The translations under genes were made by a program, and so were the position numbers. A stretch of DNA of 64,000 nt from a candidate division FCPU426 bacterium (GTDB lineage Bacteria > Oederibacteriota > Muellerivitia > Muellerivitales > Muellerivitaceae). The stretch is from the NCBI GenBank assembly GCA_963719085.1, contig CAVRAL010000001.1, forward strand, positions 480,001 through 544,000, in the 5' to 3' direction. How positions within the stretch are numbered: position 1 is the stretch's first letter; every line of letters starts with the position of its first letter. The notes under the pieces were generated by a model, which ran no database searches, had not been told where the DNA came from, and saw only the letters and a list, made by a program, of their open reading frames with translations. Positions 18,916-27,626 of the stretch are shown here, piece by piece.

Positions 18916-19593
18916 ATGGGAATCCAGGCGCGTATTGATGAAGTCCAATCCCGGATCGCCATGGCCGCCCGGCGGGCCGGACGATCGGCCCAAGCCGTTA
19001 CCCTTTTAGCCGCCACCAAAACCCTTCCAGTGGAGATTATCCAAGAAGCCTATGACGCGGGCCTGCGCCAATTCGGCGAAAACCGGGTTCAGGAAGCCCT
19101 TGAGAAACAAGCGCGGCTTCCTAGGGATGTTCATTGGCACCTCATCGGCCAACTTCAAACCAACAAAATCAATAAAGTCGTGGACCGGTTTGAGCTGATC
19201 CATTCGATTGATTCCTTGAAGTTGGCGAAGGGATTATCCGAACGTTTGAGCGGTTCCCAGGAGATCCTTTTGGAAGTCAATAGTTCGGGGGAGGCGACCA
19301 AAGCGGGATTTGCCCCTTTGGAGCTCCAGTCCTTGTTCGCCGAGATCAATCGGCTGCCCAACTTAAAAATCAGGGGACTCATGACGGTCGGGCCCTTGCG
19401 AGGGGATGGGGATGTGAAGCGGGGAGCCTTTAAAATTTTAAAAGAGCTCTTTGAGACTTTGAAACCTCAGGCGGATAGGCCGGGGGATTTTTCCATTTTG
19501 TCCATGGGCATGAGCGGCGATTTTGAGATGGCGATTGAGGAAGGGTCGACCCTGGTCCGGGTGGGGACCGCCTTATTTGGCGAGAGGTCATGA
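18916..19593 (+). CDS. yggS: PLP homeostasis protein YggS/PLPBP
   Basis: ATK, FGENRVQE, WHLIGQLQTNK, GLMT, LSMGMSGDFEMAIEEGSTLVRVGTALFG; SD GAGGA favours ATG 18916. Confidence 0.93.
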   Translation: MGIQARIDEVQSRIAMAARRAGRSAQAVTLLAATKTLPVEIIQEAYDAGLRQFGENRVQEALEKQARLPRDVHWHLIGQLQTNKINKVVDRFELIHSIDSLKLAKGLSERLSGSQEILLEVNSSGEATKAGFAPLELQSLFAEINRLPNLKIRGLMTVGPLRGDGDVKRGAFKILKELFETLKPQADRPGDFSILSMGMSGDFEMAIEEGSTLVRVGTALFGERS

Positions 19594-19623
19594 TCCTATT
19601 AGAACCCCTCACAAAAACCTATC

Positions 19624-19727
19624 TCGCCGCCAAGCTCGCCAAGGTAGGCAAAAACAACGGACGATTTTTTGTTGATTCTTTAAGATATAACCTTTTTTTC
19701 TTGGCGAACTTGGCGTCTTGGCGGTGA
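19624..19727. repeat. REP-like inverted repeat built from CGCCAAG units
   Basis: Left arm TCGCCGCCAAGCTCGCCAAG; right arm CTTGGCGAACTTGGCGTCTTGGCGGTGA; AT-rich spacer. Confidence 0.7.
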
Positions 19728-19765
19728 AAATTGCTTTTGATTATTGTTAGAGATTCTTAGTTTTT

Positions 19766-19794
19766 TTGCCGCCCGGCAAAAATAAACGTAGAAT
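19766..19794 (+). promoter_or_regulatory. Putative sigma70 promoter for proC operon
   Basis: TTGCCG, 17 nt, TAGAAT; -35 lies within palindrome TTTTTGCCGCCCGGCAAAAA. Confidence 0.45.
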
Positions 19795-19811
19795 AAGCGC
19801 GGGAGAATCCA

Positions 19812-20633
19812 TTGGCCTTCAAACCTAAAACCATCTTATTCGGATTCGGCGCCATGGGCGGAGCCTTGGCCAAGGGTTGGATCCAAAAAAAGGTGATGAA
19901 AGCGTCCCAAATCACCGCGGTCAATTTGGACCCGGCGAAACGCGCGGGACTCGCCCGTTCCCTCAAGGTTAAACTGGTCCAGGATCCTTCGGGTTCGCTT
20001 AAAAACGCCGGTTTGATTGTGCTGGCCGTGAAGCCCCAACAAATGAAGGAACTCTTAGGCCGTTATGGCGGCTTGTTTCCCCGCAAGGCGTTAGTTGTTT
20101 CCATCGCCGCTGGAATCGCCGCCCGGCAAATCGAGTCCTGGCTGCCGCAAGGGTGCCCGGTGGTTCGGGTCATGCCCAATACTCCCTTGGTGCTGGGAGA
20201 AGGTATGGCGGCTGTGGCTTCCGGAAGCCGCGCGAAAGAGCCGCAGATCCGGTTGGTTTTGAGCTTAATGGCGGCCGTGGGCAAATCCATTCGGGTGAAT
20301 GAGGATCAAATGGATTTGGTGACCGCCCTTTCGGGAAGCGGGCCGGCTTATCTTTTCCACTTGATCGAGGCCTTGGTCGCGGCCGGAGTCAAGGCGGGGC
20401 TCGACGTTAAGACGGCGTCCCTGTTGGTGTCCCAGACGGTTTATGGCGCCTCCCGGATGGTTTTAGAAACGGGTAAAAGTCCGGAAGCGCTGCGGGTCCA
20501 AGTGACCTCGCCGGGCGGCACCACGCAGGCGGGCTTGGCGGCGATGGATGAGAAGGGTTTTGTGGAATCGATTGAGGCGGCGATTACCGCGGCGACGAGG
20601 CGGGGAGCCGAGCTTCGAAAAATGAACGAATAA
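19812..20633 (+). CDS. proC: Pyrroline-5-carboxylate reductase
   Basis: GFGAMG, LAVKPQ, SIAAG, RVMPNTP, TALSGSGPAY, VTSPGGTT. Confidence 0.95.
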   Translation: MAFKPKTILFGFGAMGGALAKGWIQKKVMKASQITAVNLDPAKRAGLARSLKVKLVQDPSGSLKNAGLIVLAVKPQQMKELLGRYGGLFPRKALVVSIAAGIAARQIESWLPQGCPVVRVMPNTPLVLGEGMAAVASGSRAKEPQIRLVLSLMAAVGKSIRVNEDQMDLVTALSGSGPAYLFHLIEALVAAGVKAGLDVKTASLLVSQTVYGASRMVLETGKSPEALRVQVTSPGGTTQAGLAAMDEKGFVESIEAAITAATRRGAELRKMNE

Positions 20634-20646
20634 GGCAAGGAACGCC

Positions 20647-20937
20647 ATGGGAACTATTTTGTGTGATTTCGCCTACGCTCTCACGATCCTTTTGCACCTG
20701 ATGGCCCTATTGATCGGGTTCGAGTGGGTGGGCCATCAAATCCCGGGGGCGGGACTTAACCCGGCCCGTAAATTTCTTTTTAAAACCACCTATCCTTTTT
20801 TAAAATTGGGAGCGCTTTTAGGATTGCGGCGCACCGCCTTCGATTGGACTCCCGGCGTCATGATCGTTCTTTTATTGCTGGTAAGCCGGTTGGGTTTGCC
20901 TTGGGTGGTGTGGTTTGGTTTTTCGCTTCGCGGCTAG
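20647..20937 (+). CDS. YggT-like small membrane protein
   Basis: Two hydrophobic segments; FLFKTTYPFLK and FDWTP resemble YggT (TEP.L..R, D.SP); yggS-proC-yggT synteny. Confidence 0.6.
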   Translation: MGTILCDFAYALTILLHLMALLIGFEWVGHQIPGAGLNPARKFLFKTTYPFLKLGALLGLRRTAFDWTPGVMIVLLLLVSRLGLPWVVWFGFSLRG

Positions 20938-20978
20938 TTTTTTTGAGCCGGGGTTGAAAATAAATTTAAGGAAATAGC

Positions 20979-21800
20979 GTGGAACTTTTCGATCAAATTC
21001 AAGAATCCGTAAAAGTGATCCAAGGAAAAACCAAATCCATCCCAAAGGTCGGCATCATCCTGGGAACGGGTTTGGGCGCCTTGGCGAAAGAAATAAAAGA
21101 AACCACCGTCATTGCTTACGATCAAATCCCGCATTTTCCGCTTTCCACGGTGGAATCCCACGCGGGGGAGCTGGTCTTTGGAAAATTGGGGAATACCCCG
21201 GTGGTGGCCATGAAGGGGCGTTTTCACCGTTATGAGGGCTATAGCCTTCAACAGGTCACTTTTCCGGTCCGGGTGATGAAGGCGCTGGGAATCCAATATT
21301 TGCTGGTCTCCAACGCTTGCGGCGGGATGAACCGCACCTATGAGCCCGGGGATTTGATGATTATTGAGGATCATGTGAACTTGATGGGGGACAATCCCTT
21401 GATCGGGAAAAATGACGATCGATTGGGGCCCCGGTGGCCTGATATGGCGGAGCCCTACGCCCAAGAACTGATCGCCTTGACTGAAAAAATCGCTTGGGAA
21501 AAGCGCATTCCGGTCCGCAAAGGGGTTTATGTGGCGGTCACCGGCCCTAATTTGGAAACCCGGGCGGAGTACCGTTGGCTGGCGGGTTTCGCCGATGTGG
21601 TGGGAATGTCGACGGTTCCGGAAGTGATTGTGGCGGTTCATGCCGGGCTCAAGGTGCTGGGCATTTCGGTGATCACGGATAAATGCGTGGCCGATACCCT
21701 GGAGCCGGCCGATATTCAAAAAATCATCAAGCACGCCCAACAAGCCGAGCCCAAGCTGACGATTTTGATGAAAGAAGTGGCCATGGCCCTGGAAAAGTGA
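20979..21800 (+). CDS. Purine-nucleoside phosphorylase, trimeric NP-I class (possibly adenosine/MTA-preferring)
   Basis: [42 protein letters not shown]. Confidence 0.9.
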   Translation: MELFDQIQESVKVIQGKTKSIPKVGIILGTGLGALAKEIKETTVIAYDQIPHFPLSTVESHAGELVFGKLGNTPVVAMKGRFHRYEGYSLQQVTFPVRVMKALGIQYLLVSNACGGMNRTYEPGDLMIIEDHVNLMGDNPLIGKNDDRLGPRWPDMAEPYAQELIALTEKIAWEKRIPVRKGVYVAVTGPNLETRAEYRWLAGFADVVGMSTVPEVIVAVHAGLKVLGISVITDKCVADTLEPADIQKIIKHAQQAEPKLTILMKEVAMALEK

Positions 21801-22858
21801 TGCGAAACAAGCTCAACCCCATCCGTTGGAAATCCGGAGTCCTTTTTCTTTTAGAGCAGAGGCTTTTGCCCTTGAAAGAAAAATGGGTGCGCTGTGACTC
21901 GGCCGAAAAAGTAGCCCGCGCCATTGAGGACATGACCGTCAGGGGCGCGCCGGCCATTGGCATTACCGCGGCTTATGGTGTGGCGGTGGCGGCCAAGCGG
22001 TCCCGCCAGTTGAAGCCTTCCTTGTTTCAAAAAGAAGTCCTGGCCGCGATTGCCCGCTTGCGAAAGACCCGGCCGACGGCGGTCAATTTGTTTTGGGCCT
22101 TGAACCGCATGGAGCGAAAACTAAAATCCATCGCGTCGGAGCCGGTTTCAACCCAACGAAAGCGGTTGGAACAAGAAGCCCTGCTCATTCATCGGGAGGA
22201 TGAAAAACTCTGCGATCAATTGGGCAAATGGGGGGCCCAGGCCCTGGCCGGCAGCCAAAATGTTTTGACCCATTGCAATACGGGGGCCCTGGCCACCGGC
22301 GGGGCGGGGACGGCCTTGGCCGCCATCACCGAGCTCGGGCGGAAAAATAAAAAACTTCACGTTTGGGTGGATGAGACCCGGCCTTATTTGCAAGGCGCGC
22401 GCTTGACCGCCTATGAAATCGCCCACGCGGGCCTTTCATTCCATTTGATCACGGATAACATGGCCGCGGCCTTGATGGGCCAGGGAAAAGTCGACGCCAT
22501 TATCGTGGGAGCGGACCGGATTGTGGCGAATGGGGACACGGCCAATAAAATCGGCACCTATGGTTTGGCGGTCTTGGCTAAGGCCCACGGCGTCCCTTTT
22601 TATGTCTCCGCCCCGACCACGACGCTGGACTTGACCAAAAAAACGGGAAAAGAAATCGTCATTGAGGAGCGAAGCTCCAAAGAAGTGACCCATCCCCAAG
22701 GCGTGGCCATTACGCGGGGTGATTACCCGGTTTTTAATCCGGCCTTTGACGTGACGCCGGGAAAATTGATCGATGGGATCATTCTAGAAAGCGGCATTGT
22801 GCGTCCGCCTTATGGAAGCGGATTAAAAAAGGCTTTTCGAAGAAAGCCGGCGCCGTGA
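21800..22858 (+). CDS. mtnA: S-methyl-5-thioribose-1-phosphate isomerase
   Basis: VRGAPAIG, TRPTAVNL, LTHCNTGALAT, DETRPYLQGARLT, GADRIVANGDTANKIGTY, NPAFDVTP; ATG overlaps PNP stop (TGATG). Confidence 0.95.
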   Translation: MRNKLNPIRWKSGVLFLLEQRLLPLKEKWVRCDSAEKVARAIEDMTVRGAPAIGITAAYGVAVAAKRSRQLKPSLFQKEVLAAIARLRKTRPTAVNLFWALNRMERKLKSIASEPVSTQRKRLEQEALLIHREDEKLCDQLGKWGAQALAGSQNVLTHCNTGALATGGAGTALAAITELGRKNKKLHVWVDETRPYLQGARLTAYEIAHAGLSFHLITDNMAAALMGQGKVDAIIVGADRIVANGDTANKIGTYGLAVLAKAHGVPFYVSAPTTTLDLTKKTGKEIVIEERSSKEVTHPQGVAITRGDYPVFNPAFDVTPGKLIDGIILESGIVRPPYGSGLKKAFRRKPAP

Positions 22859-23265
22859 GTTCCGCGCCTGAAACCCTTTATCAGGATGATCACTATTGTT
22901 TTTGTTGCGGGGATCAAAATCCCTTGGGGCTCAAGATGAAGTTTTGGTTTGAGGGGGAAAAATTGTTTTCCGAAGTCTCCGTCCCCAAGCCTTATCAAGG
23001 CTTCGCCAATGTGGTTCATGGGGGCATTTTGGGCACCCTTTTGGATGAGGTGATGGTCAATCTTCATTGGCTTCGCGGCGCCAAGATGGTGAGCGCCGAG
23101 TATCAGGTTCGCTTGAAGGCCCCCTGTCCGGTGGATCGGAAAATTTTGTTGTCGGCTTGGCCCTTAGAAACCAAGCGAAATATCCATTTTGTGGCGTCGC
23201 GAGCCCTTTTGGAAGATGGGACCTTAGTGGCGGAGGCCACGGCCAAATGCGTGAAATTGGCCTAA
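22855..23265 (+). CDS. PaaI/hotdog-fold thioesterase
   Basis: CFCCG..NPLGL, YQG...VHGGI..TLLDE. Confidence 0.85.
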   Translation: MSSAPETLYQDDHYCFCCGDQNPLGLKMKFWFEGEKLFSEVSVPKPYQGFANVVHGGILGTLLDEVMVNLHWLRGAKMVSAEYQVRLKAPCPVDRKILLSAWPLETKRNIHFVASRALLEDGTLVAEATAKCVKLA

Positions 23266-23271
23266 TCCGGG

Positions 23272-23299
23272 TTGTCAAAGGCCGTTTTCCTGTTAAACT
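23272..23299 (+). promoter_or_regulatory. sigma70 promoter with extended -10
   Basis: TTGTCA, 16 nt, TGtTAAACT, upstream of the small basic ORF. Confidence 0.55.
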
Positions 23300-23346
23300 G
23301 ATGCCCGCGTTTTAATAAGCTTTAACCTTTTTGGGAGGATCTTCGA

Positions 23347-23451
23347 ATGCCGAATGGCCGTAAACGTCACCGCGCTAAAATTAAGACTCACAAACGTAAA
23401 AAACATCGCCGTAAAATGCGTGCCCTTATGCGTCGGCAGGGCAGGCTTTAG
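23347..23451 (+). CDS. Small basic protein, bS22/AURKAIP1-COX24 (mS38)-like ribosomal protein
   Basis: MPNGRKRHRAKIKTHKRKKHRRKMRALMRRQGRL (34 aa); SD GGGAGGA 23333-23339; own promoter; below ORF-track cut-off. Confidence 0.8.
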   Translation: MPNGRKRHRAKIKTHKRKKHRRKMRALMRRQGRL

Positions 23452-23466
23452 TCTGTCTTTTTTCCG

Positions 23467-25620
23467 GTGAACCCGCCTTTTAACTCACCTCGTAAAAACA
23501 TCACTAAATGGGTTTGGCTGTTTGTCCTGGCGGCCCTCTTTTTGCTGGCCGCCAGCGGCATTTGCGTCCGTCAATCGGCGGATGTCCCTCTGTCCTGGCT
23601 GATTGGAGCCTGGATAGCGGCCTTTCTTTGGCTGTTTTTTCTCGACCGTAAAAAGGTATTTTCCCACCCGAATCGTTTTCTCTTTCTCTTGGGAACGACG
23701 GCCGGGATTAATTTATTGGCTCAATCCACCGGTGCCGACCAATCGCCCCTCATTTTCGCCGTTTTTGTCCTGATGGGGGTGGCGGCATGGAGCGGGGAAG
23801 CCAAATTTGGTTTTTGGGTGGCCATCCTCTTCAGCCTTTTGGAAGCGGTTTCCCTGCGGCATCAAAACAACGCCCAGGGCTGGGTTCTTTATCTTCGCTG
23901 GGCCGCTTTGTTGGTCTTCGCTTTTTTCCTCACCCGCATCGTCAAAACCCGCGCCGAAAAAGAACAATTAGGAAATAAGCTCGAAACCTTAAAGCACGAG
24001 GCCGGACGATTCGCCACCGCCGAACCCTCCTCCTTTCATATCCCCAAGGACAAGCTTTTAAGGGAAGAAAGCCGGTTAACCGCCCGGGTGGGGACCGTGA
24101 TGGGGTTGGAAGAAGCCCTCAACCAGCAGGTTTCCCTGTTTCAAAAATCGCTGAAACTCCACACGGTCTCGATTTTTTTATTGACCACCCTGGAAGAAAA
24201 AAAGGTTTTTCGCCTGCGGGCCTCCTCGACCGTTTCCGAATCCCTGGCGCCGGACGTGACCCTTTTGCCGGGTGAAACCCTGGTGGGGTTGGCGGCCAAA
24301 GAAGGAAAAAGGGTTTTGCTGAATGAGATGTCCCCGGAAAGCGCGAAAGCCCTTCCTTATTACCTGAAATACAACCCGATCGGTTCCTTTTTAGTTCAAC
24401 CCCTCCACGTTAAAAATGTTTTGGGAGTGGAGGAAAATCAAGATTTGGCGGGGCTGGCGGTTTTGGATAGTTTGACCGAGAAGTTTTTTGGCGCCCATGA
24501 ATTGGAATTGGTGGACGGTTTTTGCGCCAATATTGAGGAGGCCATCGAGCATACGAAGGCCCTTCATTTTTCCCAGACCAAGAGCCGAAACTTGCATGCC
24601 TTGTACGAGGTCTCCAAGGCCTTTTCCACTTTGCTGGATTTTAAAAAAGTGCTTCAAACGAGTTTAAAAACCGCCACGGATATTTTTCCCTGCGACTCGG
24701 CTTATATCGCGATGGCCAAGGGAGATGGGAAAAGTTTCGAGGTTTTAGCTTGGTGGGGGCCTTCGTGGGCCGCGGCCCAGCCGGTCCAATTGGACCCGGA
24801 GTTGGCCACTTGGATGCTGGAAAATAAAAAGCCCATCCGCTATACCCGCGGCCAAAAAGACCGGAACCTGGCCGCCTTCACGCGGCGCGACGGCATGCTG
24901 GGGTCGATCCAGTCGTTTCTCATGGTTCCTCTGATGGCGGGCCAGGATATCTTGGGCGTTATCCGGCTCAACAGCAACCAACAGGATACCTATCAGGAAT
25001 ATGACCAAGATGTCTTAAGCACGCTGGCGAACCAATCCGCCATGGCGATTCAAAACGCCCTTAACGTGGAACAAATCCACAATATGGCCACGAAGGACGG
25101 ATTGACCGGCATTTATAACCACCGTTATTTCCAAGAAAAGCTGGAGGAAGAAATCGCGAAGGCCGACCGCTATAACAAGGACCTGAGCTTTTTACTTTTG
25201 GACGTGGATCATTTTAAAAAATTCAATGATACCTACGGCCATCAAGAAGGGGACAAGGTGCTGCGAACCGTGGCCGAGATCGTTCAAGCGACGATCCGGC
25301 AGAAGGCCGATCTATTGGCCCGTTACGGGGGCGAGGAATTCGCCGTGATCCTGCCCGAAACCGACATCAACTCGGCTGCGGATTTGGCCGAGCGGATCCG
25401 CCGTAATATCGCCGATCATGTGTTTGAGGCCGAGGGGAATAAGTCCTATCGGGTTACGGTTTCCATCGGGGTTTCGGCTTATCCTTTTGACGCAAGGGAA
25501 AAAAGTAAACTGATCCAGGCCGCGGACGCGGGACTCTATGAGTCCAAGCATCTGGGCCGCAATCGGGTCACCCTCTTTCAAGCGATCAAAAGAGTCCCTG
25601 ATTTAAATCAGGGAAAATGA
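23467..25620 (+). CDS. Membrane-anchored diguanylate cyclase (TM-GAF-GAF-GGDEF)
   Basis: Multiple N-terminal TM helices, two GAF-like segments, DGLTG, DVDHFKKFNDTYGH..GD, RYGGEEF. Confidence 0.9.
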   Translation: MNPPFNSPRKNITKWVWLFVLAALFLLAASGICVRQSADVPLSWLIGAWIAAFLWLFFLDRKKVFSHPNRFLFLLGTTAGINLLAQSTGADQSPLIFAVFVLMGVAAWSGEAKFGFWVAILFSLLEAVSLRHQNNAQGWVLYLRWAALLVFAFFLTRIVKTRAEKEQLGNKLETLKHEAGRFATAEPSSFHIPKDKLLREESRLTARVGTVMGLEEALNQQVSLFQKSLKLHTVSIFLLTTLEEKKVFRLRASSTVSESLAPDVTLLPGETLVGLAAKEGKRVLLNEMSPESAKALPYYLKYNPIGSFLVQPLHVKNVLGVEENQDLAGLAVLDSLTEKFFGAHELELVDGFCANIEEAIEHTKALHFSQTKSRNLHALYEVSKAFSTLLDFKKVLQTSLKTATDIFPCDSAYIAMAKGDGKSFEVLAWWGPSWAAAQPVQLDPELATWMLENKKPIRYTRGQKDRNLAAFTRRDGMLGSIQSFLMVPLMAGQDILGVIRLNSNQQDTYQEYDQDVLSTLANQSAMAIQNALNVEQIHNMATKDGLTGIYNHRYFQEKLEEEIAKADRYNKDLSFLLLDVDHFKKFNDTYGHQEGDKVLRTVAEIVQATIRQKADLLARYGGEEFAVILPETDINSAADLAERIRRNIADHVFEAEGNKSYRVTVSIGVSAYPFDAREKSKLIQAADAGLYESKHLGRNRVTLFQAIKRVPDLNQGK

Positions 25621-25636
25621 TGGTTTAGACCGGCGA

Positions 25637-25681
25637 ACACCAGTTGTGGTGGTTTTATTTAAGGGGCCACTATATGTGGTT
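25637..25681. promoter_or_regulatory. Tandem NrdR-box-like sites
   Basis: ACACCAGTTGTGGTG (25637) and CCACTATATGTGGTT (25667), starts 30 nt apart. Confidence 0.4.
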
Positions 25682-25809
25682 GTTTTTATCTAAAATCCGC
25701 CCTCCCTTGCTTTTTCAAAGCGCTTCCGCTTTCCAGTTTTTGATGGGCGCTTACAATGAGCCTGTCACCATCCTCAAAGTCTATTATCAACCTTAGTTCG
25801 GGAATCCAA

Positions 25810-26070
25810 ATGATCCTGACGATCCGGGAAATCGCCTCAAAATTGCACGTGCATGAACAGACTTTAAGAAACTGGGAGAAATCCGGTTTGTTGAAGATTT
25901 CCAGAATCGGGGGAAATCGAACCCGCATTTATGACGCGAGCGATCTATCCCGGTGTAAAAAGATTTTAAGCTTTTCTGAAAAGGGAATTAATTTAAGGGG
26001 AATCAAGGCTCTTTTGGGGCGTGAAAAGCAAAATCGTAATAAATTTTTAGCGGCTCCAGGCAAAGATTAA
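25810..26070 (+). CDS. MerR-family HTH protein (short, HspR/GlnR-like)
   Basis: LTIREIASKLHVHEQTLRNWEKSGLL...TRIY...DL...GINLRGI; start 25810 or 25756. Confidence 0.8.
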   Translation: MILTIREIASKLHVHEQTLRNWEKSGLLKISRIGGNRTRIYDASDLSRCKKILSFSEKGINLRGIKALLGREKQNRNKFLAAPGKD

Positions 26071-26161
26071 AACAAAATTTTTGTCCGCGGGAGCGAAGCG
26101 GCGTCGATGTGGAAAAAGGCGAGAAACCCTGGAAAATTAAGGCTTTTTTAACCATTCTTTG

Positions 26162-26193
26162 TTGACAGGAAAAAAAGCTTTGTCATAATGACA
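26162..26193 (+). promoter_or_regulatory. sigma70 promoter of flagellar operon with overlapping palindrome
   Basis: TTGACA, 16 nt, TGtCATAAT; TGTCAT-A-ATGACA (26181-26193) covers the -10. Confidence 0.6.
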
Positions 26194-26299
26194 CTAATTT
26201 TTCGCCTCTGACGAAAATCCGTACATCTACGCCCCTCAACGCCGCCGGTGCCGCACGTTAAGTCGCCCAGTATGATTCAAATTCAATTGGGGAGTTTTT

Positions 26300-26722
26300 G
26301 TGGTCAACCCTGTCAGCGCCATCGATCCTATGACGGTTTTGCAAAAAAGCATGGATGCTTTAGCCATCCAGCATGAAGTGATCGCCAATAATTTGGCCAA
26401 CATCGATACCCCCAATTTTAAACGCTCGGAAGTTTCGTTTCAGGACAAGTTGAAAAACATTTTGACCCAGGACGGGCCGTCGGCCTTGTGGAGGACCAAC
26501 GTCAAACATTTTCCGATCACCCAACCGGTTTCCCTGGATGATTTCAAACCCACCATCACCACGATCACGGATACGATCGGGAGAAATGACGGGAACAATG
26601 TGGACTTGGAAATGGAATCGGCGAAATTGGCCGAGAACAATCTTCTCTATAACAGTTTGGCGGATGTCACCGGCCGCTATATCGCGAACTTGAAGCACGC
26701 GATCACCGAAGGGAAACAATAA
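26300..26722 (+). CDS. flgB: Flagellar basal-body rod protein FlgB
   Basis: IANNLANIDTPNFKR, RNDGNNVDLEME. Confidence 0.95.
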   Translation: MVNPVSAIDPMTVLQKSMDALAIQHEVIANNLANIDTPNFKRSEVSFQDKLKNILTQDGPSALWRTNVKHFPITQPVSLDDFKPTITTITDTIGRNDGNNVDLEMESAKLAENNLLYNSLADVTGRYIANLKHAITEGKQ

Positions 26723-26725
26723 TCC

Positions 26726-27181
26726 ATGGGCGCGCTTTCGGGCTTTTCATCCTCTTTCGCCATCACGGCCTCGGCACTAACGGCTGAGAAGCTCCGTATG
26801 GATGTCATTTCCAACAACATCGCCAACGCGGATACGACCCGAACAATTGAGGGCGGGCCTTATATCCGGGAACGCGTGGTTTTCGCTCCCCGCATTGACG
26901 CAACCCAGACCTTCGCTCCCATGCTGGCCAATATGACGGCGGAGGGCATGCCGATTGGAGTCCGCGTCACGGGGATCATCAAGGATCCGAGCCCGCCGCG
27001 CATGGTTTATGATCCGGGCCATCCGGACGCCAATTCGGAAGGTTATGTGGCCTATCCGAACGTGAACGCCGTCAATGAGATGGTGGATTTGATTTCAGCG
27101 AGCCGGGCTTACGAGGCCAACATTACGGCTTTCAACGCGACAAAGTCGATGGCGCTTCAAGCTTTAACCATTGGAAAATAG
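26726..27181 (+). CDS. flgC: Flagellar basal-body rod protein FlgC
   Basis: ISNNIANADTT, YDPGHPDA..GYV.YPNVN..EMVDLISASRAYEAN. Confidence 0.96.
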   Translation: MGALSGFSSSFAITASALTAEKLRMDVISNNIANADTTRTIEGGPYIRERVVFAPRIDATQTFAPMLANMTAEGMPIGVRVTGIIKDPSPPRMVYDPGHPDANSEGYVAYPNVNAVNEMVDLISASRAYEANITAFNATKSMALQALTIGK

Positions 27182-27229
27182 TTTTTAATTTTGATTTCAA
27201 AAATCGTTTTTAATCGGAGCTTTTGATTC

Positions 27230-27568
27230 ATGATTCCGCTTGAGCCCATACAGCCGATTCAAACAGCGATCGCCCCGATTCAAGCGGTCTTGAATCCCAT
27301 GGGGACGTCGCCGGTGGACCCGATGCCGGCGGTGGCGGAGAACTCCGCGGTTAATTTCAAGGATTTGATGAAGAGCGCTTTGAGCGACTTGAACGCCAGT
27401 CAGGTGAACGCCAGCGACGCCATTCAGAATTTGGCGTCCGGCGGGGACGCTAATTTGCACGATGTGATTATTTCGATGGAACAGGCGGGCATGACGCTTC
27501 AATACGCCATTGAGATTCGTAACAAGCTTCTGGATGCCTATCAATCCGTTATTCAAATGCAGATTTGA
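27230..27568 (+). CDS. fliE: Hook-basal body protein FliE
   Basis: LHDVIISMEQA...EIRNKLLDAYQSVIQMQI. Confidence 0.92.
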   Translation: MIPLEPIQPIQTAIAPIQAVLNPMGTSPVDPMPAVAENSAVNFKDLMKSALSDLNASQVNASDAIQNLASGGDANLHDVIISMEQAGMTLQYAIEIRNKLLDAYQSVIQMQI

Positions 27569-27579
27569 CGTTAGTTGAT

Positions 27580-27607
27580 GGCGTCCCCCAGGGGGGCGCC
27601 TATTTTT
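27580..27607 (+). terminator. Intrinsic terminator-like hairpin between fliE and fliF
   Basis: GGCGTCCC/GGGGCGCC stem followed by TATTTTT. Confidence 0.6.
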
Positions 27608-27626
27608 GCGTGAGGACGAGGAATCC

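Noticed and set aside
21683..21799. N-terminal extension of mtnA given in the ORF track
   Set aside because: Overlaps PNP; the TGATG coupling at 21798-21802 gives the natural start
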